A stretch of 35,483 nucleotides of DNA from an uncultured Methanomassiliicoccales archaeon (lineage in GTDB: Archaea > Thermoplasmatota > Thermoplasmata > RBG-16-68-12): assembly GCA_964546105.1 (NCBI GenBank), contig CAZJIP010000006.1:1-35483 (forward strand). The letters are read 5' to 3'. The translations under genes were made by a program, and so were the position numbers. The stretch's first letter is position 1. Every line of letters starts with the position of its first letter. This document shows, in pieces, positions 27,535-35,483 of the stretch. The notes below the pieces were generated by a model. It did no database searches. It saw only the letters and a program-made list of their open reading frames with translations, and had not been told where the DNA came from.

Positions 27535-28323
27535 ATGTCCGGGCGCCAATGGACCGAGGATCTATTCGTCTTCCACGACGAGATCTTCCTCCGGATTCAC
27601 GAGCACGGATGGGCCGCGGGGGAGGAGCAGGCCCGCGACCTGAAGGCAGTCCTTGACCGATTCGGCGTCGCCGAGGGCGGTCGCATCTTAGACGTGCCCT
27701 GCGGCATCGGGCGGCATTCAACCCGTCTCGCCAAGATGGGGTACCATGTCCTGGGTGTCGACCTCTCTCCCGCTTACGTGCGACGCGCACAGGAGCTCGC
27801 GGAAGGCGAAGGCGTCTTGTCCCGCGCGCAATTCCGCGTCGGCGATATGCGGGACCTCGAACGCGCGGTCCCCGAGGACGAGCGTCCTTTCGACGCAGCC
27901 CTGAACCTGTGGACCTCCTTGGGGTACTACGGGGAGGAGACGGATCTTGCGGTCCTCGGGGGTTACCGAAACTTGGTCCGGCCCGGCGGCCTCATGGTCC
28001 TCTACATCGTGAACCGCGACTGGGTCGTGCGCCATTTCGACCCTCAGGGTTTCGAGGAGTTCGGCGACCTCGTGCACATCGAGGACCGTCATCTAGACCT
28101 CGACGCGTCGTGGATGCGGAACAAGTGGCGGTTCTTCCGCAAGAAAGGTGAGGACCTGGAGGGTATCGCGACGATCGACCTGGAGCATCGCATCTACAGC
28201 CTTCACGAGCTCCGGTCCCTGTTCGAGCGAGCAGGATGGCATGTCGCGGGGGCGTTCAGCGGTTACAAAATGGAGCCCGTCACGTTCGACGTCTCCGCCC
28301 TCCTCGTCGTCGGGAGGAAATGA
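27535..28323 (+). CDS. class I SAM-dependent methyltransferase
   Basis: 262 aa. Motif I is ILDVPCGIGRHSTRLAKMGYHVLGVDLS. Also contains FDAALNLWTSLGYY. Confidence 0.8.
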   Translation: MSGRQWTEDLFVFHDEIFLRIHEHGWAAGEEQARDLKAVLDRFGVAEGGRILDVPCGIGRHSTRLAKMGYHVLGVDLSPAYVRRAQELAEGEGVLSRAQFRVGDMRDLERAVPEDERPFDAALNLWTSLGYYGEETDLAVLGGYRNLVRPGGLMVLYIVNRDWVVRHFDPQGFEEFGDLVHIEDRHLDLDASWMRNKWRFFRKKGEDLEGIATIDLEHRIYSLHELRSLFERAGWHVAGAFSGYKMEPVTFDVSALLVVGRK

Positions 28324-28324
28324 C

Positions 28325-29044
28325 GTGGCCCTACAGCCGGGTGCGCCGGTGACGGAGGAAATCGCCCGCTTCCTCCTGGCTTCAGGCGTAGGGTCCGGGG
28401 CGCGCCTGCTCGATGCGCCTTGCGGTCTCGGACGGCGTGCATACGGGCTAGCCGAGCAGGGCTTTCGAGTGACCGCCGTCGACCCGAACGAAGTGGCCAT
28501 CGTGGCCCTCCGGAGACGCGTAGAGAAGGTCCTCTCGGACCGCCTCGAGTATCGGTCCGCGCCACTGACCAGAATCCCCGACCTGCCTCCAAGCGAGCAC
28601 TTCGACGCCATCCTCTGTCTCGACCATGCCATCAGCCGTGATCCGGCCGGTGAGGACCTGGCGTTCCTGCGGCGACTCCATGGCCATCTTGCTCCGGGTG
28701 GTCTCCTGATTGTGGACCTCCTGCATCGGGACTTCTTCGCCTCCCGGCCGCGCCCGTTCGCGTACCATGTAATTGGCGAAATCGAGCAGCACGAATTCCG
28801 GACCTTCCATGCGGACACGGGCGTCCTGGAACTCACGTGGAAATTCTACCAGCGAGACGGCGGGAATCTCGGGTTCCGCGGGACATCCACCGCGCGGCTC
28901 AAACTTCTGACGCCCCACGAGGCGGTCGCAACTCTCGAGGCCGCCGGATGGAAGGTCGAGGCCCTCTATGGCGGATGGCAGAAGGAGCCGATCTCTCCGG
29001 ACCGACGGAAGATCCTCCTGCTGGCCCGGCCCGCGCGGAGTTAA
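28325..29044 (+). CDS. class I SAM-dependent methyltransferase (tandem paralogue)
   Basis: Motif I is LLDAPCGLGRRAYGLAEQGFRVTAVDPN. Start chosen at GTG 28325, which is 2 nt after the upstream stop and preceded by GGGAGGAAA. The listed ORF 28148..29044 extends back into the previous gene. Confidence 0.7.
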   Translation: MALQPGAPVTEEIARFLLASGVGSGARLLDAPCGLGRRAYGLAEQGFRVTAVDPNEVAIVALRRRVEKVLSDRLEYRSAPLTRIPDLPPSEHFDAILCLDHAISRDPAGEDLAFLRRLHGHLAPGGLLIVDLLHRDFFASRPRPFAYHVIGEIEQHEFRTFHADTGVLELTWKFYQRDGGNLGFRGTSTARLKLLTPHEAVATLEAAGWKVEALYGGWQKEPISPDRRKILLLARPARS

Positions 29045-29120
29045 ATAGCGTCTCGGCCATCGGCACGCGGTCTGCCGCGGAGGCCTCGGAAAGGCCCGGG
29101 ACCGCCAGGAGGAGTTCGGA

Positions 29121-31217
29121 ATGCCGCTGCCTGCCTGCGACCCCACCGGGAGCGTCCCCTGCCGGACCAACCTCAACTTCCTGCCCGACTGGACCGTGCT
29201 CGCCCTGTTTGCGGTCACGGGCATCGCGCTGCTAGTCCTGGCCTACGGCCTCTGGTCGCAGTGGCGCATATGGAAGGCGGGACCCACCGGGTCCACGGGC
29301 GCCTCGCTCTGGCTCCACGTCCAGCGGCTCCTCGTCATCGCGCTCTTCCAGAAGAAGGTCGCCCGGCGGCGCTACGCGGGGGTGATGCATCTCCTGCTCT
29401 ACACGGGATTCATCGCGCTCGCGATCGGGACGACCTTGGTCGCGCTGAACATGGACGTCCTCTCCCACGTGAACCTGGATATCCTGCGCGGCAATCCCTA
29501 CCTGATCTTCAAGGCGGCCCTGGACTTCATGGGCCTCGCCTTCCTCGTTGGGCTCGGCATGGTCTTCTTCCGCCGTCTCGTGCAGCGGCCCAAGTACCTG
29601 CGGAACGAGCGCCCCGACCTCTTCCTCCCGGGAATCCTGTTCCTGCTCCTCCTCCAGGGATTCCTCCTGGAGGCGGTTCGGCTCGCGGTCCTCCAGCCGC
29701 AGTGGGAGGAGTTCTCCTTCGTCGGATACTCCCTCTCCCTCCTGCTCCGTGCGGTGGGCGTGGACTTGAGCCTCGCCACGGTCACGGTCACCGCGACGAG
29801 CGTCACGATCACGCCCGTGCCCAGCCTCGCCTGGGCCTATGGCGCCCTGTGGTGGTTCCACGCGGGCACTTGGTCCTTCCTCCTCGCGACCCTGCCCTGG
29901 ACCAAGACGAGCCACTTCCTCTTCAGCCCCGCGCGGACATTCTACGAGAGCGCAGAGCCCTACGGCCATCTGCCCAAAGACTTCGACATCGACGTCATCA
30001 TGCAAGAGGGTGCGGCGCAGCCCATGCTCGGGGCCGCGTCGACCAAGGCGTTCTCCTGGTTCGACCGTCTGCAGCTGGACGCATGCACGATCTGCGGGCG
30101 GTGCACCTCCGTGTGCCCTGCGTGGACCACGGGGAAGCCCCTCGACCCCATGCATGTCGTCCTCGACCTCAAGGACGCGATGCGCAAGGAAGCCCGCCGG
30201 AGGCCCCTAGGCGAGCCGCTGCCCGAGTATGTGGGCTATGAGGAGCTCTTCGACTGCACGACGTGCATGGCGTGCGTGCAGGAGTGCCCGGTCTCCATCC
30301 GCCACGTGCCCCTCATCATCCAGCTCCGGCGGAACTTCGTCATGGAGCTCGGCAAGTTCCCGCAGGAGACCCAGGCAATGCTCCGGAACATCGAGACGAA
30401 CTACAACCCGTGGGGCATCGGATGGGACCAGCGGGGGAATTGGGCCGCGGAGGTCGGCGTGCGGACCCTCGCCGACGTCGTGGCCGCGGGGGAGCAGGTC
30501 GACGTCCTGTACTGGGTGGGCTGCGCGGCCTCCTTCGACGACCGAAACAAGAAGGTGGCCCAGTCCTTCGCGCGCCTCCTCCAGAGGGCGGGCGTCCGGT
30601 TCGCGATCCTGGGAGCCGAGGAGAAGTGCACGGGCGACCCGGCCCGACGCCTCGGGGACGAGTTCCGGGCCCAGATGATGATCAAGGCGAACGTGGAGAC
30701 GCTGAACCGGTACGCGGTCAAGAAGATCGTCACCGCCTGCCCGCACTGCTTCAACGCGCTGAAGAACGAGTACCCGGACTTCGGGGGCACCTACGAGGTC
30801 GTACACCACTCCGTTTTCCTTGACGAACTCCTCAAGGCGGGGAGGCTACAGCCCACGAAGGAGGTCCGGGAGTTACTCACGTTCCACGACCCGTGCTACC
30901 TGGGGCGGTACAACCAGGTCTACGAGGAGCCGCGGGACGTCCTCAAGCACCTGCCCGGCGTGAAGATGGTCGAGATGAGGACATGCCGGGACAAGGGATT
31001 CTGCTGCGGGGCCGGCGGGGCGCGGATGTGGATGGAGGAGAAGGCCGGTCAGAAGGTGAACCACCGGCGCCTCGAGCATGTGGAGGAGACGGGAGCCAAG
31101 GTCGTGGCCTCCGCTTGCCCCTACTGCCTCATCATGTTCGACGACGCGGCCAAGACGAAGAACCGGGAAGACCTGGCGCGCGCCGATATCGCCGAACTCT
31201 TGGAGAAAAGCCTGTAA
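29121..31217 (+). CDS. membrane-anchored Fe-S oxidoreductase: NarI/DsrM-like polytopic N-domain fused to an HdrD-like domain (2x[4Fe-4S] plus two CCG motifs)
   Basis: 698 aa. About six N-terminal hydrophobic spans contain conserved His residues. The soluble part has CTICGRCTSVCP, CTTCMACVQECP and cysteine-rich CCG regions (GFCCGAGG; ACPYC). Confidence 0.85.
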   Translation: MPLPACDPTGSVPCRTNLNFLPDWTVLALFAVTGIALLVLAYGLWSQWRIWKAGPTGSTGASLWLHVQRLLVIALFQKKVARRRYAGVMHLLLYTGFIALAIGTTLVALNMDVLSHVNLDILRGNPYLIFKAALDFMGLAFLVGLGMVFFRRLVQRPKYLRNERPDLFLPGILFLLLLQGFLLEAVRLAVLQPQWEEFSFVGYSLSLLLRAVGVDLSLATVTVTATSVTITPVPSLAWAYGALWWFHAGTWSFLLATLPWTKTSHFLFSPARTFYESAEPYGHLPKDFDIDVIMQEGAAQPMLGAASTKAFSWFDRLQLDACTICGRCTSVCPAWTTGKPLDPMHVVLDLKDAMRKEARRRPLGEPLPEYVGYEELFDCTTCMACVQECPVSIRHVPLIIQLRRNFVMELGKFPQETQAMLRNIETNYNPWGIGWDQRGNWAAEVGVRTLADVVAAGEQVDVLYWVGCAASFDDRNKKVAQSFARLLQRAGVRFAILGAEEKCTGDPARRLGDEFRAQMMIKANVETLNRYAVKKIVTACPHCFNALKNEYPDFGGTYEVVHHSVFLDELLKAGRLQPTKEVRELLTFHDPCYLGRYNQVYEEPRDVLKHLPGVKMVEMRTCRDKGFCCGAGGARMWMEEKAGQKVNHRRLEHVEETGAKVVASACPYCLIMFDDAAKTKNREDLARADIAELLEKSL

Positions 31218-31277
31218 AGGGCCGCCCCCGGAGCGACGGCCCCTTACTCCCGACGGACGGGAATCGGAAAGGAGTGT

Positions 31278-31952
31278 CTAGGCCCCGTAGGAGCAGTCGG
31301 AGGGCGCCTCGAAGGCGAACGTCCGCTGCCACTGGACCGTGCCGTTCTGGGTAGCCGTGGCCACGCCGAATACATCGAGCACGCGGCGATCGGCCGAGTA
31401 GACCGCGAAGCCGTGGACCGAAATCAGCTCCGAACCGACCGTCGCGGTGCCGTTGATTGTCACGTTGGCGGTCCCGTTGTCGAAGACCACGATTTGGAAC
31501 GTGAAGTCCGCGACCGCCGTGGTGCCGTTGTCCACTATGATCGTCCCGTTCACCCAGGTCGTGTTGTCCTTCTGGGTTACCGTGACGTTGTGCTCCACGG
31601 AGATGTTGCTCAGGTCGGTCTCGTTGTCCATCGGGGAGGGGGCAACAGGCGCCGTCTCATTGTCCTGAGTCTCGGTGTCGTTGTCGGTCTCGTTCCCGAA
31701 GGGTGCGACCTGGTGATCGCTGGTCTCGTTCTCGGCAGTGTCGTTCTCGTGCTCGTTGGCTGCCGCCTGGTGATCGCTGGTCTCGTTGCCCGTGGAGTTG
31801 TCGCTATTCTTGGGATGGTTCACGGTCGCCGGGCTCCCGGCCTGGACCGCGGAGAGGGGATGCGTCCCGACCACCACAGGGTAAGCGAAGGCTCCCACGG
31901 ACAGGGCTAGCACGGCGATGAGGGCTGTCGCAATCAATGTGGCCTTCCACAT
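31278..31952 (-). CDS. secreted/surface protein, acidic and extremely rich in N-glycosylation sequons
   Basis: 224 aa. The N-terminal signal/anchor is MWKATLIATALIAVLALSVGAFA. I count 17 N-x-S/T sequons. GGAGG lies upstream of the ATG. Confidence 0.7.
   Translation of the reverse strand: MWKATLIATALIAVLALSVGAFAYPVVVGTHPLSAVQAGSPATVNHPKNSDNSTGNETSDHQAAANEHENDTAENETSDHQVAPFGNETDNDTETQDNETAPVAPSPMDNETDLSNISVEHNVTVTQKDNTTWVNGTIIVDNGTTAVADFTFQIVVFDNGTANVTINGTATVGSELISVHGFAVYSADRRVLDVFGVATATQNGTVQWQRTFAFEAPSDCSYGA
31709..31787. repeat. intragenic tandem repeat (57-nt period)
   Basis: An identical 22-mer, cctggtgatcgctggtctcgtt, occurs at 31709..31730 and 31766..31787. It encodes the repeated NETSDHQ segment of the sequon-rich protein. 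Confidence 0.7.
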
Positions 31953-32093
31953 GCTTCTGCCTCCGCAGGTTCGGGCCGCGCAGAGAGGCGGTTAAGTTAA
32001 AGCGTTGTTGTACGACGGTCGAAGGGGCTTGGGTAATTAGGAAGGCCTAAAGGCTGTTCTCAATCGCGAGAGCAGAAACATCGCGGACTATAC

Positions 32094-32381
32094 TCACTTC
32101 AGAGCATCGATCCGCTTGGCGAGGTCGAAGTCACGGTCCGTCAGACCGCCCGCGTCGTGGGTCGTTAGGCTCAGCCGCACGGTGGCCCAGGAGTTGTAGA
32201 TGTCCGGGTGATGATCGACGGCTTCGGCAAGCTCACCCACGCGGTTGATGAACGCCAGGGCGGGCGGGAAATCGTCGAAGGTCCACGTCCGAGTAATGAG
32301 GTCTCCTTCCCGGCTCCACCGCGGGACCTCGCGGAGGCGCCGAGCAATCTCGTCTTCGGAGAGTAGCTTGCCGCGGGCCAT
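32094..32381 (-). CDS. pterin-4-alpha-carbinolamine dehydratase
   Basis: 95 aa. Contains EAVDHHPDIYNSWATVRLSLTTHDAGGLT, the PCD/DCoH signature. Confidence 0.9.
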   Translation of the reverse strand: MARGKLLSEDEIARRLREVPRWSREGDLITRTWTFDDFPPALAFINRVGELAEAVDHHPDIYNSWATVRLSLTTHDAGGLTDRDFDLAKRIDALK

Positions 32382-32493
32382 CGGGATCCGGGCAAGCGAG
32401 GACGTCGGGGGCCAAAAGGCTGGCGCGTCTCGAATGCAACCTTAAACAAGGTTAACCGGCTTCGATGGTCTCGACGCAGCCCACGGTCTCCCG

Positions 32494-33318
32494 TCAGCGC
32501 ACGATGACAATGGGCGTCTGCGCGACCAAGTCGAATCCCCAGGCGACGTCCAATCCGATCTGGAGCATGTAGGTCAGGTAGGAGTAGGTCCCGCGGTACG
32601 CGGACTGCACGTCGCCCGGGATCGGAATCTCGAACGTGAAGGGGATGCCCAGCTTGATCTGCTCGGCCGGCACGTCGACTTCCGTGCGGAACATGGTGCT
32701 CTCCTCGTGCTGGCTCTGCGCCTGGGCGAACTCCACACCCACGAGGCGGGCGTACACGCGCCGGATGCGATGGTCTCCCGTGCGGAGCAGGGTGATCCGG
32801 CAGCCGATCATCTCCCGCGCGAAGAAACGATTACCATCCAGCTCCACGTAGACCTCGGGCCCGTCTCCGCCCGAGCGGAACCGCGCGGGCTCGGAGTACG
32901 TCCGCACGCTCGGCCGATCATAGAACACGAACACTTCGCCCGTCCAGACCGTGTCGAGCCAGAGGGGAACATCGAGCCGCGCGGTCAGCGCGTACCGGAC
33001 CACGGCATGCCGGCCCTGGTACGAAGGCAGGCCCTGGAGCGGGATCTGGAACCGGAAGGGGAAGCGGTACGTGCCCGGCGGGATCGTCGCCTCGCCCTGG
33101 AGAGGGAGGCGCCAGCTGACCAGAGTGGCCTCCGACCGGTACGTGACCGAGGTTTTCCCCGAACTCCGGGTGATCTGCGTCTCCTCCTTCCCCGTGAAGT
33201 CGACGTAAAGGCCGCGGCTCGGGGTCTCCTTGGTCGTCTCGAGGACCACGGTCCCTTCGAGGATCTCCCCGGTGTAGTACGCGGTCCTCGGAAGCTCCAC
33301 GGAGATGAAGCGGGGCAC
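32494..33318 (-). CDS. arrestin/Spo0M-like protein with two beta-sandwich halves
   Basis: 274 aa. Half 1 contains ISVELPRTAYYTGEILEGTVVLE..PPGTYRFPFRFQIP..VRYALTARLDVP. Half 2 contains VYVELDGNRFFAREMIGCRITLL..IPFTFEIPIP..LTYMLQIGLDV. The pattern resembles arrestin_N/Spo0M (from memory). Confidence 0.6.
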   Translation of the reverse strand: MPRFISVELPRTAYYTGEILEGTVVLETTKETPSRGLYVDFTGKEETQITRSSGKTSVTYRSEATLVSWRLPLQGEATIPPGTYRFPFRFQIPLQGLPSYQGRHAVVRYALTARLDVPLWLDTVWTGEVFVFYDRPSVRTYSEPARFRSGGDGPEVYVELDGNRFFAREMIGCRITLLRTGDHRIRRVYARLVGVEFAQAQSQHEESTMFRTEVDVPAEQIKLGIPFTFEIPIPGDVQSAYRGTYSYLTYMLQIGLDVAWGFDLVAQTPIVIVR

Positions 33319-33324
33319 GGGCCC

Positions 33325-33732
33325 TCACCGCACGAGGAACCGCGTGTTGCAGTACGTGCAGGTTGCGACGCCGAAGCGGTCCACGATCTGCGGCGGCGCG
33401 CCGCAGTTCGGACAGTTCAGAGGGATCGGGCCCGTCTGTCCTGCGGGCACCATGGGGCCCTGGATGGGCGGTGGCGGCGGGATCCGGTACGACATGGCTC
33501 CCCGCGAGGCCGCCCACACAATCGCGATGACCACGAACAGGAGGAACGCGCAGAAGGGCGCGAGGAGGAAGACCGGGAAGCCGGAGGCCCCGAACCCGAG
33601 TCCCAGGACGAGGAAGAGGAAGAACCCCACAGCGAAGACGACCCCGATGAGAACCGCCGCGAGCATAGCCGGGGACTGCCAGGAGAGCGGCCGGGGTGGC
33701 GGGCCATAGTAGGGAGGGGGCGGTGCGGTCAC
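33325..33732 (-). CDS. two-TM protein with proline-rich termini, a PPxY motif and a C-terminal zinc ribbon
   Basis: 135 aa. Starts MTAPPPPYYGPPPRP, has two hydrophobic spans, then YRIPPPPPIQGP and CPNC-X14-CTYC. It ends 6 nt before the arrestin-like gene. Confidence 0.65.
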   Translation of the reverse strand: MTAPPPPYYGPPPRPLSWQSPAMLAAVLIGVVFAVGFFLFLVLGLGFGASGFPVFLLAPFCAFLLFVVIAIVWAASRGAMSYRIPPPPPIQGPMVPAGQTGPIPLNCPNCGAPPQIVDRFGVATCTYCNTRFLVR

Positions 33733-33787
33733 GCATCGGGATGGACCGGCACGCTAGATGAAGGCTGCGGGAGCCCTTCCCGAATCG

Positions 33788-34756
33788 TCAGGCCTTGAGC
33801 TCCTTGATTGCAGCCGGGAGGATCTGCAATACGTTCCCCACGATGCCGATGTGGGCGATCTCGAAGATGGGCGCGCTGGGGTCCGTGTTGATCGCGACGA
33901 TGAGCCCGGAGTCCTTCATCCCCGCCACGTGCTGCATCGCGCCGCTGATCCCGCACGCCACGTAGAGTTTGGGCCGCACGGTCTTTCCGCTCTGGCCGAC
34001 CTGGCGCGTCTTCGGCAGCCATTCCAGGTCCGTGAGGGGACGGGAGGCTCCCACGACGCCGCCCAGGAGCTTCGCGAACTCCTCCACGAGGGGCAGGTTC
34101 TCCTTCTTCTGGATGCCCCGGCCCGCGGACACGATCACGTCCGCGGCAGCGATGTCGATGTCCGAGACCTGAGGGCGCTCGATCCCGAGGAACTTGGTGC
34201 GGACCTGGGATGGGTCCAGGTTCACCGGCGCTGGCGTGACCTTGCCTCCCGCGACGGGCTCCGCCGGTTTCGCGGTCCCGGGTCGCAACGTAACCACGTA
34301 GGGCTTCTCAGACGACAGCTCGAACTCTCCCTGGATCTTCTCGTTCAGCAGGCGGCGCACGACGACGAGCTTGTCCCCCTCCAGACGCACGTCCATGCAG
34401 TTCGACGCGAGAGGCAGGTCCAACGCTCCCGCGAGCCCGGGTGCCAGATCGTATCCCTGGGCCGTATGCGCCACGAGCACGACGCGCGGGACGAGCGAGG
34501 CGACGAGCGCGCGGACTGCTTGACCGTAGCCCCCCTCCGTGTACTCCGCGAGTCCGGGATCGTCTACCTGGAGGACTTCGAGGCCGTAGCCGGCGAGGGT
34601 CTGCGCGAGCGCGCCTGCGTTCGCGCCCAGGAGCGCGATCCTCGCGGCGCCGCCGGACTGCGCCGCCAGCTCGCGCCCCTTCGTGACGAGCTCCAAGGTC
34701 GACGGGGCGAGCTTGCCCTCCAGGTGCTCCGCCAAGATCAGGATGTCCTTCCCCAC
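33788..34756 (-). CDS. etfA: electron transfer flavoprotein alpha subunit
   Basis: 322 aa. The C-terminal FAD domain contains IVSAGRG, LYVACGISGAMQHVAGM and IVAINTD. Confidence 0.9.
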   Translation of the reverse strand: MGKDILILAEHLEGKLAPSTLELVTKGRELAAQSGGAARIALLGANAGALAQTLAGYGLEVLQVDDPGLAEYTEGGYGQAVRALVASLVPRVVLVAHTAQGYDLAPGLAGALDLPLASNCMDVRLEGDKLVVVRRLLNEKIQGEFELSSEKPYVVTLRPGTAKPAEPVAGGKVTPAPVNLDPSQVRTKFLGIERPQVSDIDIAAADVIVSAGRGIQKKENLPLVEEFAKLLGGVVGASRPLTDLEWLPKTRQVGQSGKTVRPKLYVACGISGAMQHVAGMKDSGLIVAINTDPSAPIFEIAHIGIVGNVLQILPAAIKELKA

Positions 34757-34760
34757 GGGA

Positions 34761-35483
34761 TCACCTCCGCACGAAGCCTTTCTCGCGGAGCATCTGGGCG
34801 AGCTTCTTCGCCTGCTCCTCGGGGCTACCGGTAATCAGGGTCGCGTGGCCCTTCGCCTCGGGCGGGGAGAGCCTCCGGATTGTGAACGCGTACGGTGTCG
34901 CGACGGCGTCCCAGCCGGGCACGCCCAACGTCGCGGGAGAGATTTCCTTGATTGGCTGTCGCGAGGCTTTCATGATCGCGGGGAGGGGCGCGTACCGCGG
35001 GACGTTGGCCCCGAACTGCACGGACACGAGCGCGGGCAGGGAGAGCGCGTAGCGCCGCGACAGGCCTCCCTCGAGCTCGCTCCATACCTCGAGGCCGCCG
35101 CCCTGGACCTCGATCTTTGTGGCCACGCTCACGTGGGCCAGGCCGAGCAGTCCGGCGAGGAGCGCGCCCGTCGCCGAATTCACGAGGTCGTCCGACTGGA
35201 CGCCTGTGAGGATGAGGTCGTGTGGGATCGTCTTCACCGAGGCCGCGAGCACGCGCGCCGTCTTTCCGGCATCGTACCCACCGACGTCCTCGTAGGAAAC
35301 GCGGACGGCCTCATCCGCGCCCTTGGCGAGGGCCTCGCGGAGCATGGAATCGGCGCGCTTCGGGCCGACGGTCACCGCGACCACGCGGCCGCCGTGCTTC
35401 TCCTTCAGGCGCACGGCCTCCTCGAGCGCATACTCGTCGGAGCCGTTCGTCTTGTAGTTCAGCGTCTCGCGCTTGATGTCCTT
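34761..35483 (-). CDS. etfB: electron transfer flavoprotein beta subunit; N-terminus runs off the right edge
   Basis: The frame is open from base 35483 (KDIKRETLNYKTNGSDEYALEEAVRLKEKHGG..) to the stop at 34761. The M at 35414 in the ORF track is an internal GTG. The gene ends 4 nt before etfA. Confidence 0.9.
   Translation of the reverse strand, partial: KDIKRETLNYKTNGSDEYALEEAVRLKEKHGGRVVAVTVGPKRADSMLREALAKGADEAVRVSYEDVGGYDAGKTARVLAASVKTIPHDLILTGVQSDDLVNSATGALLAGLLGLAHVSVATKIEVQGGGLEVWSELEGGLSRRYALSLPALVSVQFGANVPRYAPLPAIMKASRQPIKEISPATLGVPGWDAVATPYAFTIRRLSPPEAKGHATLITGSPEEQAKKLAQMLREKGFVRR

Noticed and set aside
25773-27536. 587-aa minus-strand ORF, the longest 'extra' ORF in the track
   Set aside because: It is exactly antisense to icd. 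The product is Arg/Gly/Pro/His-rich low complexity with no motif. This is typical stop-free shadow-frame behaviour in high-GC DNA.

Overview
High-GC, gene-dense chromosomal segment that looks archaeal. Evidence: a TrmY-type pseudouridine-54 methyltransferase, an Ogg2-type 8-oxoG glycosylase, a tRNA without encoded CCA, and TATA-like boxes about 25-30 nt upstream of several start codons. I support 43 intact protein-coding genes (two cut by the window edges), one disrupted aquaporin gene, one tRNA-Arg(UCG) and one fluoride riboswitch. I saw no CRISPR array, rRNA, transposase or integrase. Most long ORFs in the six-frame track are R/G/P-rich shadow frames of real genes, as expected at this GC content. 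Gene themes: (i) oxidative stress and nickel: NiSOD precursor plus its SodX protease, KatG divergent from a Fur/PerR-like regulator, and NikR divergent from a NiCoT permease with a perfect palindrome between them. (ii) Base-excision repair: MutY, Ogg2, and an EndoIII domain fused in frame to proline dehydrogenase. (iii) Oxidative TCA branch: LeuCD-type dehydratase, citrate synthase, isocitrate dehydrogenase. (iv) Electron transfer: EtfAB plus a membrane-anchored HdrD-like Fe-S oxidoreductase, and heme O synthase. (v) Housekeeping: GcvH, NAPRTase, M20 hydrolase, M17 aminopeptidase, SfsA, PCD and several methyltransferases. Best candidates for something undescribed: an arrestin/Spo0M-like double beta-sandwich protein co-transcribed with a PPxY-bearing two-TM zinc-ribbon protein; the LeuCD-type enzyme sitting where aconitase should be; the PRODH-EndoIII single ORF; and a ~380-nt hairpin-dense non-coding stretch upstream of the NAPRTase gene. 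All functional calls come from reading the translations and recalling motifs. No database search was run.
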